Under the pieces are notes generated by a model. That model made no database searches. It had not been told where the DNA came from and was given only the letters and a program-made list of their open reading frames with translations. Shown here one piece after another: positions 12,362 through 22,835 of a stretch of DNA of 64,000 nucleotides. Position 1 is the first letter of the stretch, and each line of letters begins with the position of its first letter. A program made the position numbers and the translations under genes. This DNA comes from Malacoraja senta (lineage: Eukaryota), in the NCBI GenBank assembly GCA_038087875.1, contig CM075988.1:19160001-19224000 (forward strand). The letters run 5' to 3'.

Positions 12362-13025
12362 CATTAGCCTCTAAAGATATTTAACTTGCTCCGGCATCAC
12401 AGATACTCCACGGACGCTTGTTCTATATATAAAATATATATAAAATTATACCGTGCTACATTATTCATTTCCACCAAATTTAAGGAGTAATTAATATTAC
12501 AATCTCTTCTGGGATTAAGCTGTGAAGACCTTGTTTGACTGACATGGACATGATCAGCTAAACAACCTCCTTTCTTGCCACAGACTCCCCTGTGTCGTGT
12601 GAGAAACTTTGAACGACAAAATACTGATTGAATTCACCGAAGGCACAGCGAGGTAGAATATGGAACAAAGCAGAGGCCGCGGTAAGAATACAGCATCAAA
12701 AAGAGTTGGAGAAGATTTCATACTTAAGACGAGATCATCCATCAGGTTATCAGTGGAATGGGCTGTTACACAATAACTCGAATCGACCGCCCATCTTCCA
12801 ATACCACTGGGATCATTTGTGAAAGAGCAGAGATATATAAAGCTATGCTTTGGTCACCACGAAAATAAAAACTGCTGAGTCTCAGAAGAGGCTGTGACAT
12901 TATTTACTCCCTGCTGGAGTATGAATAATGTAGTGGAGCATAATTATATTTAAATAGATATGGTCCAGGAGTCCCTGGAGTATCTGCTAGTGTTAGAGTG
13001 AGTTAGTTGACTTTAAAGGCTAATG
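12362..13025. repeat. Old long inverted repeat (about 160-bp arms), possibly a MITE
   Basis: 12362-12522 aligns by eye to the reverse complement of 12872-13025 (cattagcct, cagatactcca, ctacattattcat, ctcttctg blocks). Confidence 0.7.
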
Positions 13026-13081
13026 GACCAGGCTTTGAGACAGCGATATAAAATCTCATCCAACCCATCGAGACTCTCTTT

Positions 13082-14092
13082 TGTTTAGATTCACATTTAT
13101 TATTGTCACGTGCACCAAACTACAGTGAAAAGCTTTGTTTTGCATGCTATACAATCAAATCAGATAAAGCTACACATAGATACAATCTACTTGAGCTCAA
13201 GGGCGTTAGGTAGAGTGAAGGGAAAGGTTAGGAGGGCAGAATATAGTTCTCAGCATGGTAGCGCCACAGTTCCAGAGGCAAAGTCCAATGTCGGCATTGT
13301 GGTGGAGGTGATTCGCACGGTACCCCAGCTTATGGAAGGATCGTTCATGTGCCCAATATCTGAGGGCAATAAGTTGTTCCTGAGTCTGGTGGTGTTTGCT
13401 TTCAAGCTTCCGTATCTTCTGCCTGTAGGGAGCAGGGAGAAGAATGAAGGACCAAGGTGGGACGACCCCTTCTTCTCCCCGCTCCATCCCGGATGACGGT
13501 TCAGAAGCTTGAAAGTGCACAACACCAGACTCAGGAACAGCATCTTCCCCTCCGTTATCAGCCGCTCGTATGGTCCTTCCATAAGCTAGGGTACTGTCAG
13601 ATTCACCTCTACCCCATTGAGGAGATTGGACGTTGTCTATGGAACTGATGTGTTACAATGCGCTACAATGCGAGAGCTTTGTATCTTTCCCTTTGCTCTA
13701 TCGATTGTACTTGAATTTGACCTCATTGCATCGATGTATATCTGATCTGATTGGAATAGCATGCAAAACAAAGATTTTTACCGTACCTGAGACAATAATG
13801 AACCTAAACCCAAACCGAGGTGGGAAAGGTCCTTGCTTATGTTGGCTGTTTCTGAGGCAACGTGAAGTGTAGATGGAGTCAATGGTGGGGAGTGTAGATG
13901 GAGTCAATGGTGGGGAGTGTAGATGGAGTCAATGGTGGGGAGTGTAGATGGAGTCAATGGTGGGCAGTGTAGATGGAGTCAATGGTGGGGAGTGTAGTCA
14001 GTGTGATGGACTGAACTCCATCCACGACTCTCTGCAATTTCTTGAGGATTTGGGGAGAGCTGTGTCCAAAACAGCTGCGATGCAACCCGATG
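13082..14092 (-). mobile_element. Rex1/Babar-type LINE 3' fragment containing an opposite-strand copy (13463-13813)
   Basis: LLPTGRRYGSLKANTTRLRN and IDSIYTSRCL peptides; gacaataa tails at both outer ends. Confidence 0.8.
13866..13997. repeat. 25-bp minisatellite, about 5.3 copies
   Basis: agtgtagatggagtcaatggtgggg repeated. Confidence 0.95.
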
Positions 14093-15196
14093 GTCTATGT
14101 TCTTTTCTTCTCCTGTTTAATTCAAAAAGAGCTCCTGCAGAGCAACAGTGACATTCTTCAGACGTGCAAAATATTCTTCTTCTTCTTCTTGCATATGGCG
14201 TGCATAGCCTAAAGTTGCAGGAAAACTTGTTCTATTTGATCTTATTTGATTGTATTCGTTGAAACATGGCGGACCACGTGAAGGTGGCAATCTTTCACCC
14301 CTGCAAAATATTGGGGTGCTTCAATGGAGACATTTTTGAACCTAAAATGTTATTCCTTCATCATTGTGCATCCAGCTTCCTTATTCTGCACAAAATACAA
14401 AGTGCTGGAAGATGTTAGTGGGTTAGGCAGCATCTATGGTGGGAATGGCCAGACAGCGTTTCCAATAATACTGTCTGACCGCTGAGTTCCTCCAGCACTT
14501 TTTTGTTTAGCTCAAGAACTTCAATATCACCATTGACAAAGAACATAGAACATTATAGCACAGAAAAATATCCTTCAGCACCTGCTTGCACATTACCCAC
14601 ACTCCTCCATTCCCTGCATATCCATGGGGTTACCTGAAAGCCTCTTAAACCACTATCGTATCTCTGCCTCTACCACTGCCCCGTGGCAGCACGTTCCAAG
14701 CCCATACCACTGTGTCACACCCGGGAACCCACTCACCTTACAACTGTGGGGACAACTTCACTGCCCAAACTGCTGCTGTTCAGGTGGGTTGAGCAAAAAG
14801 TACAGACAATGGCAACATCCTTGGGATGAATAATAAAAAGCTAGAAAACATCATAACTATAGCATCATAAAAAGTTGTGAAGATCTTTTCTTCTCACAGT
14901 TCCATTCTTCCCACATTCCAAGTGCAATCCGTTACCTTGAATGCTGTTTCCTTTCATTCATTGAACACTAACCCGCTTGGTGTGACTATAAAATAACCAG
15001 ATGTGTTCTGAGCTTGAGAGAGTAGCTTGATTCATTTCTGAAAAATCCGTCTTTTATTCCTTTGTACAACCAGTGAAATATTTTTTTTCCATAGTCGTAA
15101 ATATAATTCAAGGGCATTTTACTAATCATTTATATGTGTGCGTGTGCGGGTGTGTTTGTGTGTGTGTGTGGGGTGGGGTGGTGGGGGGGGAGGCAT

Positions 15197-15497
15197 GTTT
15201 GGTTAGTTTAGTTTATTAATTTAGAGATACAGCACGAAAAAAGGCTCTTCTGCCCATCGAGTCCATGCTGACCAGTGATGCCTGTATCCTACACATGGGA
15301 CAATTTTTATAACTTTTACCAAAGGCAATTAACCTACAAACCTGTACATCTTTGGAGTGTGGGAGCAAACTGGAGCACCTGGGGAAAACCCACGCGGTCA
15401 CGGGGAGAACTTACAAACTCCCCACAGACAGCACCCGTAGTCAGGATCGAACCTGGGTCCCTGGCGCTGTGAGGCAGCAACTTTTCCTCGACGCCCC
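15197..15497 (-). mobile_element. V-SINE
   Basis: Family consensus pattern. Confidence 0.85.
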
Positions 15498-15879
15498 TGT
15501 TTTGTGTCTCAATTTGGCCTTGAAGTTTGTCAAAAAGATTCCACAAAATTAAAGAAGTTGAAATGTCGTTCATTATCAAACAAAGAGAAATATTTCAAAT
15601 ATTTTCTGCTTATTCAAGAAAATGATTTAATTTCAGTTGTTCCTAGAATCTGATGATAAATCTGTCAAGTGTCAAGTCAAGTGAGTTTATTGTCATGTGT
15701 CCCTGATAGGATAATGAAATTCTTGCTTTGCTTCAGCACAACAGAACATAGTAGGCATTGACTACAAGGCATTCTATAAATAAAAACACACATGAATCAA
15801 TATACTGATAAAGTGCAAATAACAGTATTGGCTAATAAAGTCTCTACAATTACATAGAACATAGAACAGTGCAGTGCAA

Positions 15880-16092
15880 GAGATAGACATAAAATGCTGG
15901 AGTAACTCAGCGGGACAGGCAGCATCTCTGGAGAGAAGGAATGGGTGACGTTTCGGGTCGAGACCCTTCTTCAGATCTGCCGAAATGCCTCCCAGTCCTT
16001 CTCTCCAGAGATGCTGCCTGTCCCGCTGAGTTCCTCCAGCATTTTGTGTCTATCTTCGGTTTAAACCAGCATCTGCAGTTCCTTCCTACACA
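15880..16092. mobile_element. Penelope-derived palindrome
   Basis: About 60-bp arms (agatagacataaaatgctggag... / ...ctccagcattttgtgtctatct) around a hammerhead core. Confidence 0.8.
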
Positions 16093-17243
16093 GTACAGTG
16101 CAGGAACAGGCTCTTCGGCCCAAATTGTGCGTTTAGGATACCAACATCAACTCTTATCAACCTGCACATCATCCTTATCCTTCCATTCCCTGTATATCTA
16201 TGGCCATTTCCAAAAGTCACTCAAATGCCACTATCGTATCTGCCTCAACCACTAACCCTGGCAGCTCGTTCCAGGCACCCGCCCCCTGATGTGTAAAAGA
16301 TAGGATTGGGGCGAGTGTACCTGCCAGCGCATAATTCCATGCATCTGCAATTCCATGCACCTGATGCAGGATCAGCATATCCTGCAATCCGCAAATATTT
16401 AGGAAAATAAAATTCAACCTTTTTCCTTTGGCACCTCTCTCGCAGATAACAATAAGTATATTTTCCGCTGGAGAAGTCAAAGGCTGGAGAAGGCAAGTGA
16501 TGTACTTTATCACGGAGAAGATCTTTAAATCTATTGCACATTATTGAAATTATTCTAGATTATTATTTGATAAACATCTGCATGTAATTTTTCACGGTTG
16601 TTCAGCGGAACGTCTCCCGCTGATTTCAGTGGAAGTTTAAATAACTTTCCGTGAGGTTTGTTTAAATCTAACATGGAAGGAGTATGGGTGAGAATAGTAG
16701 GATTAAACGAGAACTTACCAGTTTGAAGTTTGATCTTTATTTTATGAGGAGTTACGTTGGTGATTACGTGAAGAAGACCCGTCAGGGCGCATGCGCGTCA
16801 ATCTTCAAAGCAGTGGTATGAAATCACAGACAACACAATAATTGAAGTAACATATTAAGATGAGGAACATGAGAACTACCATTACGACCTTTTTTTCTAT
16901 GAGAGAGGGTTGGGCGTGGCGGGCACGTAATCACCAACGTATCTCCTCATAAAATAAAGATCAAACTTCAAACTGGTAAGTTCTCGTTTAATCTTACTAT
17001 TTTACTTCGGAGTCACGTGAGTGACTACGTGAAGATTTCAAAGCTCTGTGATTTTATGCCGCAGATCAAAATCCCGGCTTCTCACTGCATCGATTGACTC
17101 TGAGTATAATCAATAATGCTGTAAACATGACACTGAATATCATGCAAAAAAACAGTTATATTTTTGGTCACAAAACAAATAATAAACCACTCTTAATTTA
17201 GGGCAACTAACGAAACAGAATTAAACAGTATTGAAAACAGAAT

Positions 17244-18203
17244 TTAAACAATAGCAACAGCACTCAATATTGAGTTGGTAAACAGCCCTCCATCGTCAAT
17301 CGGCCGATGGTAGTATTGCTGAAACACAAGTTCATTTTGCCACCCTGCGGCTTTTAATATATGGTCGATGGGAACGTCCATCGCCCTGGCCGCCGATGTT
17401 GCTGCTGCCCTAGTGGAATGAGATGTAAACACATCCGTGTTAATTCCTGCCTGAACCAACACTTGCTTTAACCACCTTGAGAGTCTGAACTGCCACTCTT
17501 TTATGTGGCTTCTTGTATGACAAATAATCCTGTTTCTTCATGTCTTAAAGCCCTTGTGGCTACATGTAATGTAACCAATGTGTCCTTATAGATAAACATG
17601 GATCTGTAGGATATGCTGAGAACACAATCTTAAATCCTGTCACACCTGGCCTGCTTTGTTTGAGCAGGTCATAAATATAAAACATAACATTCTCTGTAGT
17701 CACTTCCATTCTATCTAACTGAAGTGTTTGCAAAGTCTGCACTCTCTGTGCTGAAACCAATGCCATTAGCATAGCCAACTTTCATGGTTAATTTTGACAA
17801 AGTCATAGACGTGACAGGGACCCAATGACGAAGCATGTTAAGAACAACACTTACATCCCAGATAACCATATACCTAGGCTTAGGCGGTTTGGAATTAAAG
17901 ATTCCTTTCATCAACCTAGATACGAGAGGGTGAGAACCTATACTTTGTGTCCGTGTACCTATTACAAGATATGCGGACAAAGCACTTCTAGCTGTATTGA
18001 TAGCACTATAGCTAAGACCCTCATCATAATAAAGTGTGGATAAAAACTCTAACACATTTTCAATAACTACAGTATCATATTGAATATTCTTTCCAACACA
18101 ATATTGTTCCCATTTTTTTACATGTTATATACTGCTGTTGAGTACTCTTTCTCCAGGCTGCAGTGAGCATATCCACCGTTCGCCTAGAAAGTCCTCGACC
18201 CAT
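17244..18203 (-). pseudogene. DIRS tyrosine recombinase (copy 2), about four frameshifts
   Basis: ATG at 18203; LSYSAINTARSALS, HPLVSRLMKG, SAQRVQTL (Arg), HSTR, AAGW, FQQYY: R-H-R-W-Y catalytic set present. Confidence 0.93.
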
Positions 18204-18214
18204 GTAAGGCCTTC

Positions 18215-20078
18215 TTAAAACCTGCAAATTAACAGATCAATACGATCACATAACGGATGAACTTCACGCGTTACCGGATGCTCCAGCAAATTCCTACTCC
18301 TTGGAATCAGCAAAGGAGGTTGGATCGCTATCTGTAACATCAAAGGGAACCATGGTTGAGTTGGCCAATTTGGTATCACCAAAACCCCTGAAGCGGCATC
18401 CTGCTTGATTATTTATTTATTTATTTATTTTTTCAAACACCGACCTATGAGGCAGAATGATGGGAAAATGTACACAAACATATCATCCCAATTTAGTGAA
18501 AAAGCATCAATTGCCACTGCCCCTGGATCTGGTTCCCATGAAACATATTTTGGCTGCTGATGGTTAAGCCTGGATGCAAACAAATCGATATCTGAGATTC
18601 CATAGAGAAGTACTATATTCTTGAACACATCCTGGTTCAACATCCACTCTGTATTACCAAGGAATTTTCGTGACCTGGCATCTGCTACTACATTAAGTTT
18701 CCCTGGCAGATAGATAGCTGAAATCCAAATATCTCTATCCATACACCAGGTCCAAATTTGTCACATGATAACGATTTGATTCCACCCATGTGATTAATAT
18801 AAGCAACTGCTGTAGTGTTGTCTATTTGGCACTGCACATGCAAGCTAGTTTTGTTAGTGCAATAAGCCTTGAGTCCATAAAATACTCCTAAAACCTCTAA
18901 ATGGTTAATTCCCCATGTTTGCAGAAGCAATGTCCATCTGCCTCCACAGCTGGATCTCGTATCAGTAGCACCCCACCCAAGTGCACTGACATCTGTCTGC
19001 AAAATCATGGAAGCTTGGTCCAATAACACTTTGGAACAACTAGTGGACACATGCTGAATCCACCATTGTACATCAGCAACAGCCTCTACTGATAGAAGCA
19101 TAGGCCTATTATAATGACCCAAATGTATCAACAGTGCTTGTTCCTTTGACCTTTGTAATTGTTGATAATAAAGTGGCCACTATTGAACTGCTGGAAATGC
19201 TGCCACCAATTTCCCAAGCAGACTCGCCACCTGGCTAATTGAAGGCTGTGTGTCAGCAATTAACTTGATACAGCTCTCAATTAGCTCTACCCTTTTTTGC
19301 CTCGGCAAGGTCACAATCATGTTGATTGAGTCTATTGTGAAACCCAAATAGTCAATTTTTGTCACAGGTGTTAATTTAGATTTCTCTGGATGATTTATGA
19401 AGCCCAATCTTTGAAAGGTGGTTTTAACAACTGCCACTGATGCTTCAGCTGTTTCCTTTGATTGTCCTACAATCAAGATATTATCTAGTTAAGCCATGAG
19501 CACATACCCTTGACTTCTCATCATGCCAAGAATAGGTTTTAACAACTTTGTAATCACTCTAGGAGCTGAAGACAAACCATTAGGCAGAGCATTGTATTGC
19601 CATAATTGCCCCATCCAGCTGAATTTTAAATATCTTCTATCCTGCAAATGAACAGACACGGAATAATCTGCATCTTTAAGATCTATATTTGCCATATAGC
19701 ATCCTCTAGAAACAAGTTGCTTAGCCTTCACAAACGTTTCCATCTTAAAATGTCTATACCGTACAAAAGGGTTAAGACTATTCAGGTCCACTATAATTCT
19801 GCATCGCCCATCCTTTTTTGGTCTGGGAAAGATATTGGACACAAACTGTTGGCTTTGGTAAACTGCCTTAGCAATTACACCTTTATTACATAAGCTTGCA
19901 AGTTCCACCTGAACTTCCAATTGTTCAGTGATACTGAAGTCAAACTACTTTTTGGAACGTGTTGCATGGGTAAATCAGAATTTGCATTAAGCTCTATTCG
20001 AAACCCTTCAATAACCTTCAGTATAAACATATCTGAGGTAATTTGTTTCCATTCCTCTAAGAACAGATGTAATTCCAA
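18215..20078 (-). pseudogene. DIRS reverse transcriptase - RNase H - Dam-like methyltransferase (copy 2)
   Basis: EEWKQITSD, PKKDGRCRIIVDL, IDLKDAD, LPNGLSSAPRV, *LDN at YxDD; RH TDVSALGWG, INHLE, DNTTAVAYINHMGG, NVVAD; MT DIDLFAS, YIFPSF, PNWPTQPWFP; stops and frameshifts. Confidence 0.93.
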
Positions 20079-21339
20079 ATTTTAATTGTATCACATTAGA
20101 TCTGTCTACATGAGAACCAGACCCACTTACCTCCTTACCACCTGGCATTCTTCCCCGGCCTCGAGGTGGATATCTCACCTTCCCTGGCGCTGCTACAGCC
20201 GAACGCCAACTGCGCTGCATCGTAGCTCGACTCGTCCCTTGCCCGGACCAGTCTCCTCGCTTATAGGGATACTTCTGCTTTGGTTGATATGTGGCTGCTG
20301 GCTGCTTAATCAAGCCCACCGTCTTGGCCTCCTCCTCCAGCTCCTTCACCTGCTTTGCGAAATCCTCGCCAAACAGTAGATTTGCCGGTTGCACTGTGCC
20401 AGGCTGGCAGAGTGAAGCATATTTAGGATTGATGGTTGGTCTAATCGCAGTTTTGCGGAGGCAGTTGATCTCAAAGTGGGCACTCCACAATAGCGCCAGC
20501 ACCTCTTGTTGTATTTTCGTCATGGCCTCTCCATCCACCATCCTGGCAAAGGTAGTTATGCCAGATGCCAGCAACTTTAAAATATGCTGGAGCTTCACCT
20601 CCTGGGCTCTCATTTGTATGCCCATCTGGCCCCAAATCATCCTGTTCACAACAGGAACTTTCAACAGGCCACAGTTGATTGGGGCTTCATGCTTCCTTAC
20701 TGTCTCATCCATTGTCAGCTCTTGTAGCTGATGTGAGACTTGGTAATTTATGCTGGTGGCAAGTTCCTCACCCAGAGGCTCACCAGCGTCCGACGACATG
20801 GCAAACCGTGCTGCACACGGTGTCAGCTCTGGCACCTGCCTGCCCTCCCTTTGGAAGTCGTCGTCGGAATCAGGGTCAGAGCTTATCTGCCCTTCTGCAC
20901 TAACCTCTTGAAAGAGGGTGCTTTCAAGCAGGCCTCTACCAGGCACTGCCGGCGGAGCCTTCCCCACGGCCTCCCGCCCACACAACTCCTCCTGGAGTGT
21001 GGCTTTGTGGAGCAGCCCCTGTATGAGCTGCTCCATTGTGGATAACCACTGGGGCACGGTATCCTGTCCCGGACGGGACTCTTCCTGGCCCGACTCTGCC
21101 GAGTCAATGGGCCTGACAGACTTGGCTTTTGCCTTCCGCCCGACTGGCGTTGGCTGTGTACCCGGCTGGGCACTCGGGAGCGCCAAGTCTGTTGCCGCAC
21201 CGCTACCGGCTTGCGACTCCCCAGAGGTGACAGGCTGCCTTTCAGAGACTGCACTCCCGCAGCTCTCTCTCCCCTTGTCCGTAGCACGCCTGCACCTTGT
21301 TGATTTTTCCCTTGTTCCTGTATCGTGGGGACAAAACAC
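20008..21339 (-). CDS. DIRS gag-like ORF1 (443 aa open; true start and end uncertain)
   Basis: Long open frame at the element 5' end with typical DIRS ORF1 blocks PINCGLLKVPVVNRMIW, LRKTAIRPTINPKYASLC, LLFGEDF and a basic C-terminus. Confidence 0.8.
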   Translation of the reverse strand: MFCPHDTGTREKSTRCRRATDKGRESCGSAVSERQPVTSGESQAGSGAATDLALPSAQPGTQPTPVGRKAKAKSVRPIDSAESGQEESRPGQDTVPQWLSTMEQLIQGLLHKATLQEELCGREAVGKAPPAVPGRGLLESTLFQEVSAEGQISSDPDSDDDFQREGRQVPELTPCAARFAMSSDAGEPLGEELATSINYQVSHQLQELTMDETVRKHEAPINCGLLKVPVVNRMIWGQMGIQMRAQEVKLQHILKLLASGITTFARMVDGEAMTKIQQEVLALLWSAHFEINCLRKTAIRPTINPKYASLCQPGTVQPANLLFGEDFAKQVKELEEEAKTVGLIKQPAATYQPKQKYPYKRGDWSGQGTSRATMQRSWRSAVAAPGKVRYPPRGRGRMPGGKEVSGSGSHVDRSNVIQLKFGITSVLRGMETNYLRYVYTEGY

Positions 21340-21869
21340 AGCAACAATTTTCTCTTTTTACTAACTCCTCCAAAGTCTCCCCGACTTTGGTGGAGCTGTT
21401 AAACTACTCACCTGCAGGAGGAGCTCCTCTTCCTGCTGCCGTGACTCCAAAGTAAAATTGAATTGAGGTTGGCCTCAACAGAATGAGGAGAGTTCAGATT
21501 CGGGAACAAAGTTAGAATTCAAGAGCAGAGAACGATATCTGTACAGCACCAGTCACGTGAGAGTATATTAATAGCAAGGTAGTGGGCCTTAATGACTACC
21601 GTTCAGTGACTCGACATCCACTATCATGAAGTGAATCGCTAGACTGGTTATGGCACACATTAACTCCAGCCTCCCAGCTAGACTTGACCCACTGTAGTTT
21701 GTTTACTGCCACAACAGTTCAACAGAAGACGCTACACTCCTGGTCCAACACTCTTTTCTGGAACATCTAGATAACAAGGGCACCTAGGTCAGACTCCTAT
21801 TTATTAACTATAGCCACCTTCAACACATAACCCCATTCAAGCTCATCTACAAACTCCTGGACGTTGGTG

Positions 21870-22835
21870 GGGACTCCAGCACCCACAAGTCCTTTTGCAC
21901 CTCCGATTTCTCAATCCTCTCCCCATTTAGAAAATAGTCTACGCCTTTATTCATACTATCGGAATGCATGACTCCACACTTTGCCATGCTGTATTCCATC
22001 TGCCACTTCTTGGCCCACTCTCCCAACCTGTCCAAGTCCTTCTACAGAGCCCCTAATTTCCCCACACTGCTTGACGCTCCACCCATCTTTTCTTACCTTC
22101 CGCAAACTTGGCCACATAGTCTTCAATTCCCTCATCAAACTCATCCATATACAACGTGAAGAGCAGTGGCCCCATCACCGACCTCCTCGGACCCGCGGCC
22201 TGAATAAGACACTCTGTTGTCATTACGTGTGGTTCTGCAGCAGACAATCAGAACACAATGGGGTGACACAACGTCACGGAGAAGTGATGAGGAAAATCAA
22301 GTGGTGAGGAGCCATGCCACATCTCTTGACTCGCACTGTAGTGTTGCAGATTATACCTTTCTTTCAGGATAATGGAGACTATGTGATGTGTTATCAGGAA
22401 ATGATAAGAAAAGAATAACCAAAGTAGCGGGCAGCTGAATCTCTGTGGGCTTGCGGAAGGGATTTGATTACGTTTGTCTGGGGGATTGTTACCAAGAGAT
22501 GACACGCATTGGAAATGAAGGGATGATGTGACCTGATTCTGAAACTGGTTTGAGTGCCGGAGGACGGAACACAGGGTTGGCCATTATGTGCTAGCCATTC
22601 ACATTTCCACCATCCTCCTACTGGTGTTCAGGGGTGCCTTGGTGCCAAGCAACTGGTCAAGAGCCAAGTCAAAAGAGTTTAATTGGCATATGTACTTGCA
22701 AAAGAACAATGCCATTCTTACTTGCTGCAGCTTAACAGGCCTGTTAATGCAACAACACACCAATAGTCACAGGCACCCAACCAGAAAAAGCCCCCTTTAT
22801 TCCCACTCTTTGCCTTCTGCCTGCAATCCAATAAC
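21870..22835 (-). mobile_element. CR1 RT fragment split by a duplicated segment
   Basis: KFA..., DRLGEWAKKWQMEY peptides; resumes at about 22764 (tagtcacagg). Confidence 0.8.

Larger units (their letters stand above)
16696..21458 (-). mobile_element. DIRS1-type tyrosine-recombinase retrotransposon, copy 2
   Basis: Same termini and ICR (about 16924-17035) as copy 1; AAT at both junctions (16693-16695, 21456-21458); gag, RT-RH-MT, YR order; 69-bp deletion in the 5' ITR. Confidence 0.96.

Noticed and set aside
14935..14984. Minus-strand 50-nt exon-like segment
   Set aside because: Stops in all three frames and no other support
19485..19491. TAA-CTAG at the RT YxDD site as programmed stop readthrough
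   Set aside because: CUAG comes simply from the Leu-Asp codons, the known context is mainly UGA, and the second Asp is Asn, so readthrough would not restore RT
2446..21458. The two DIRS copies as a segmental duplication or assembly artefact
   Set aside because: Similarity ends at the element termini, flanks are unrelated and the copies have many private differences
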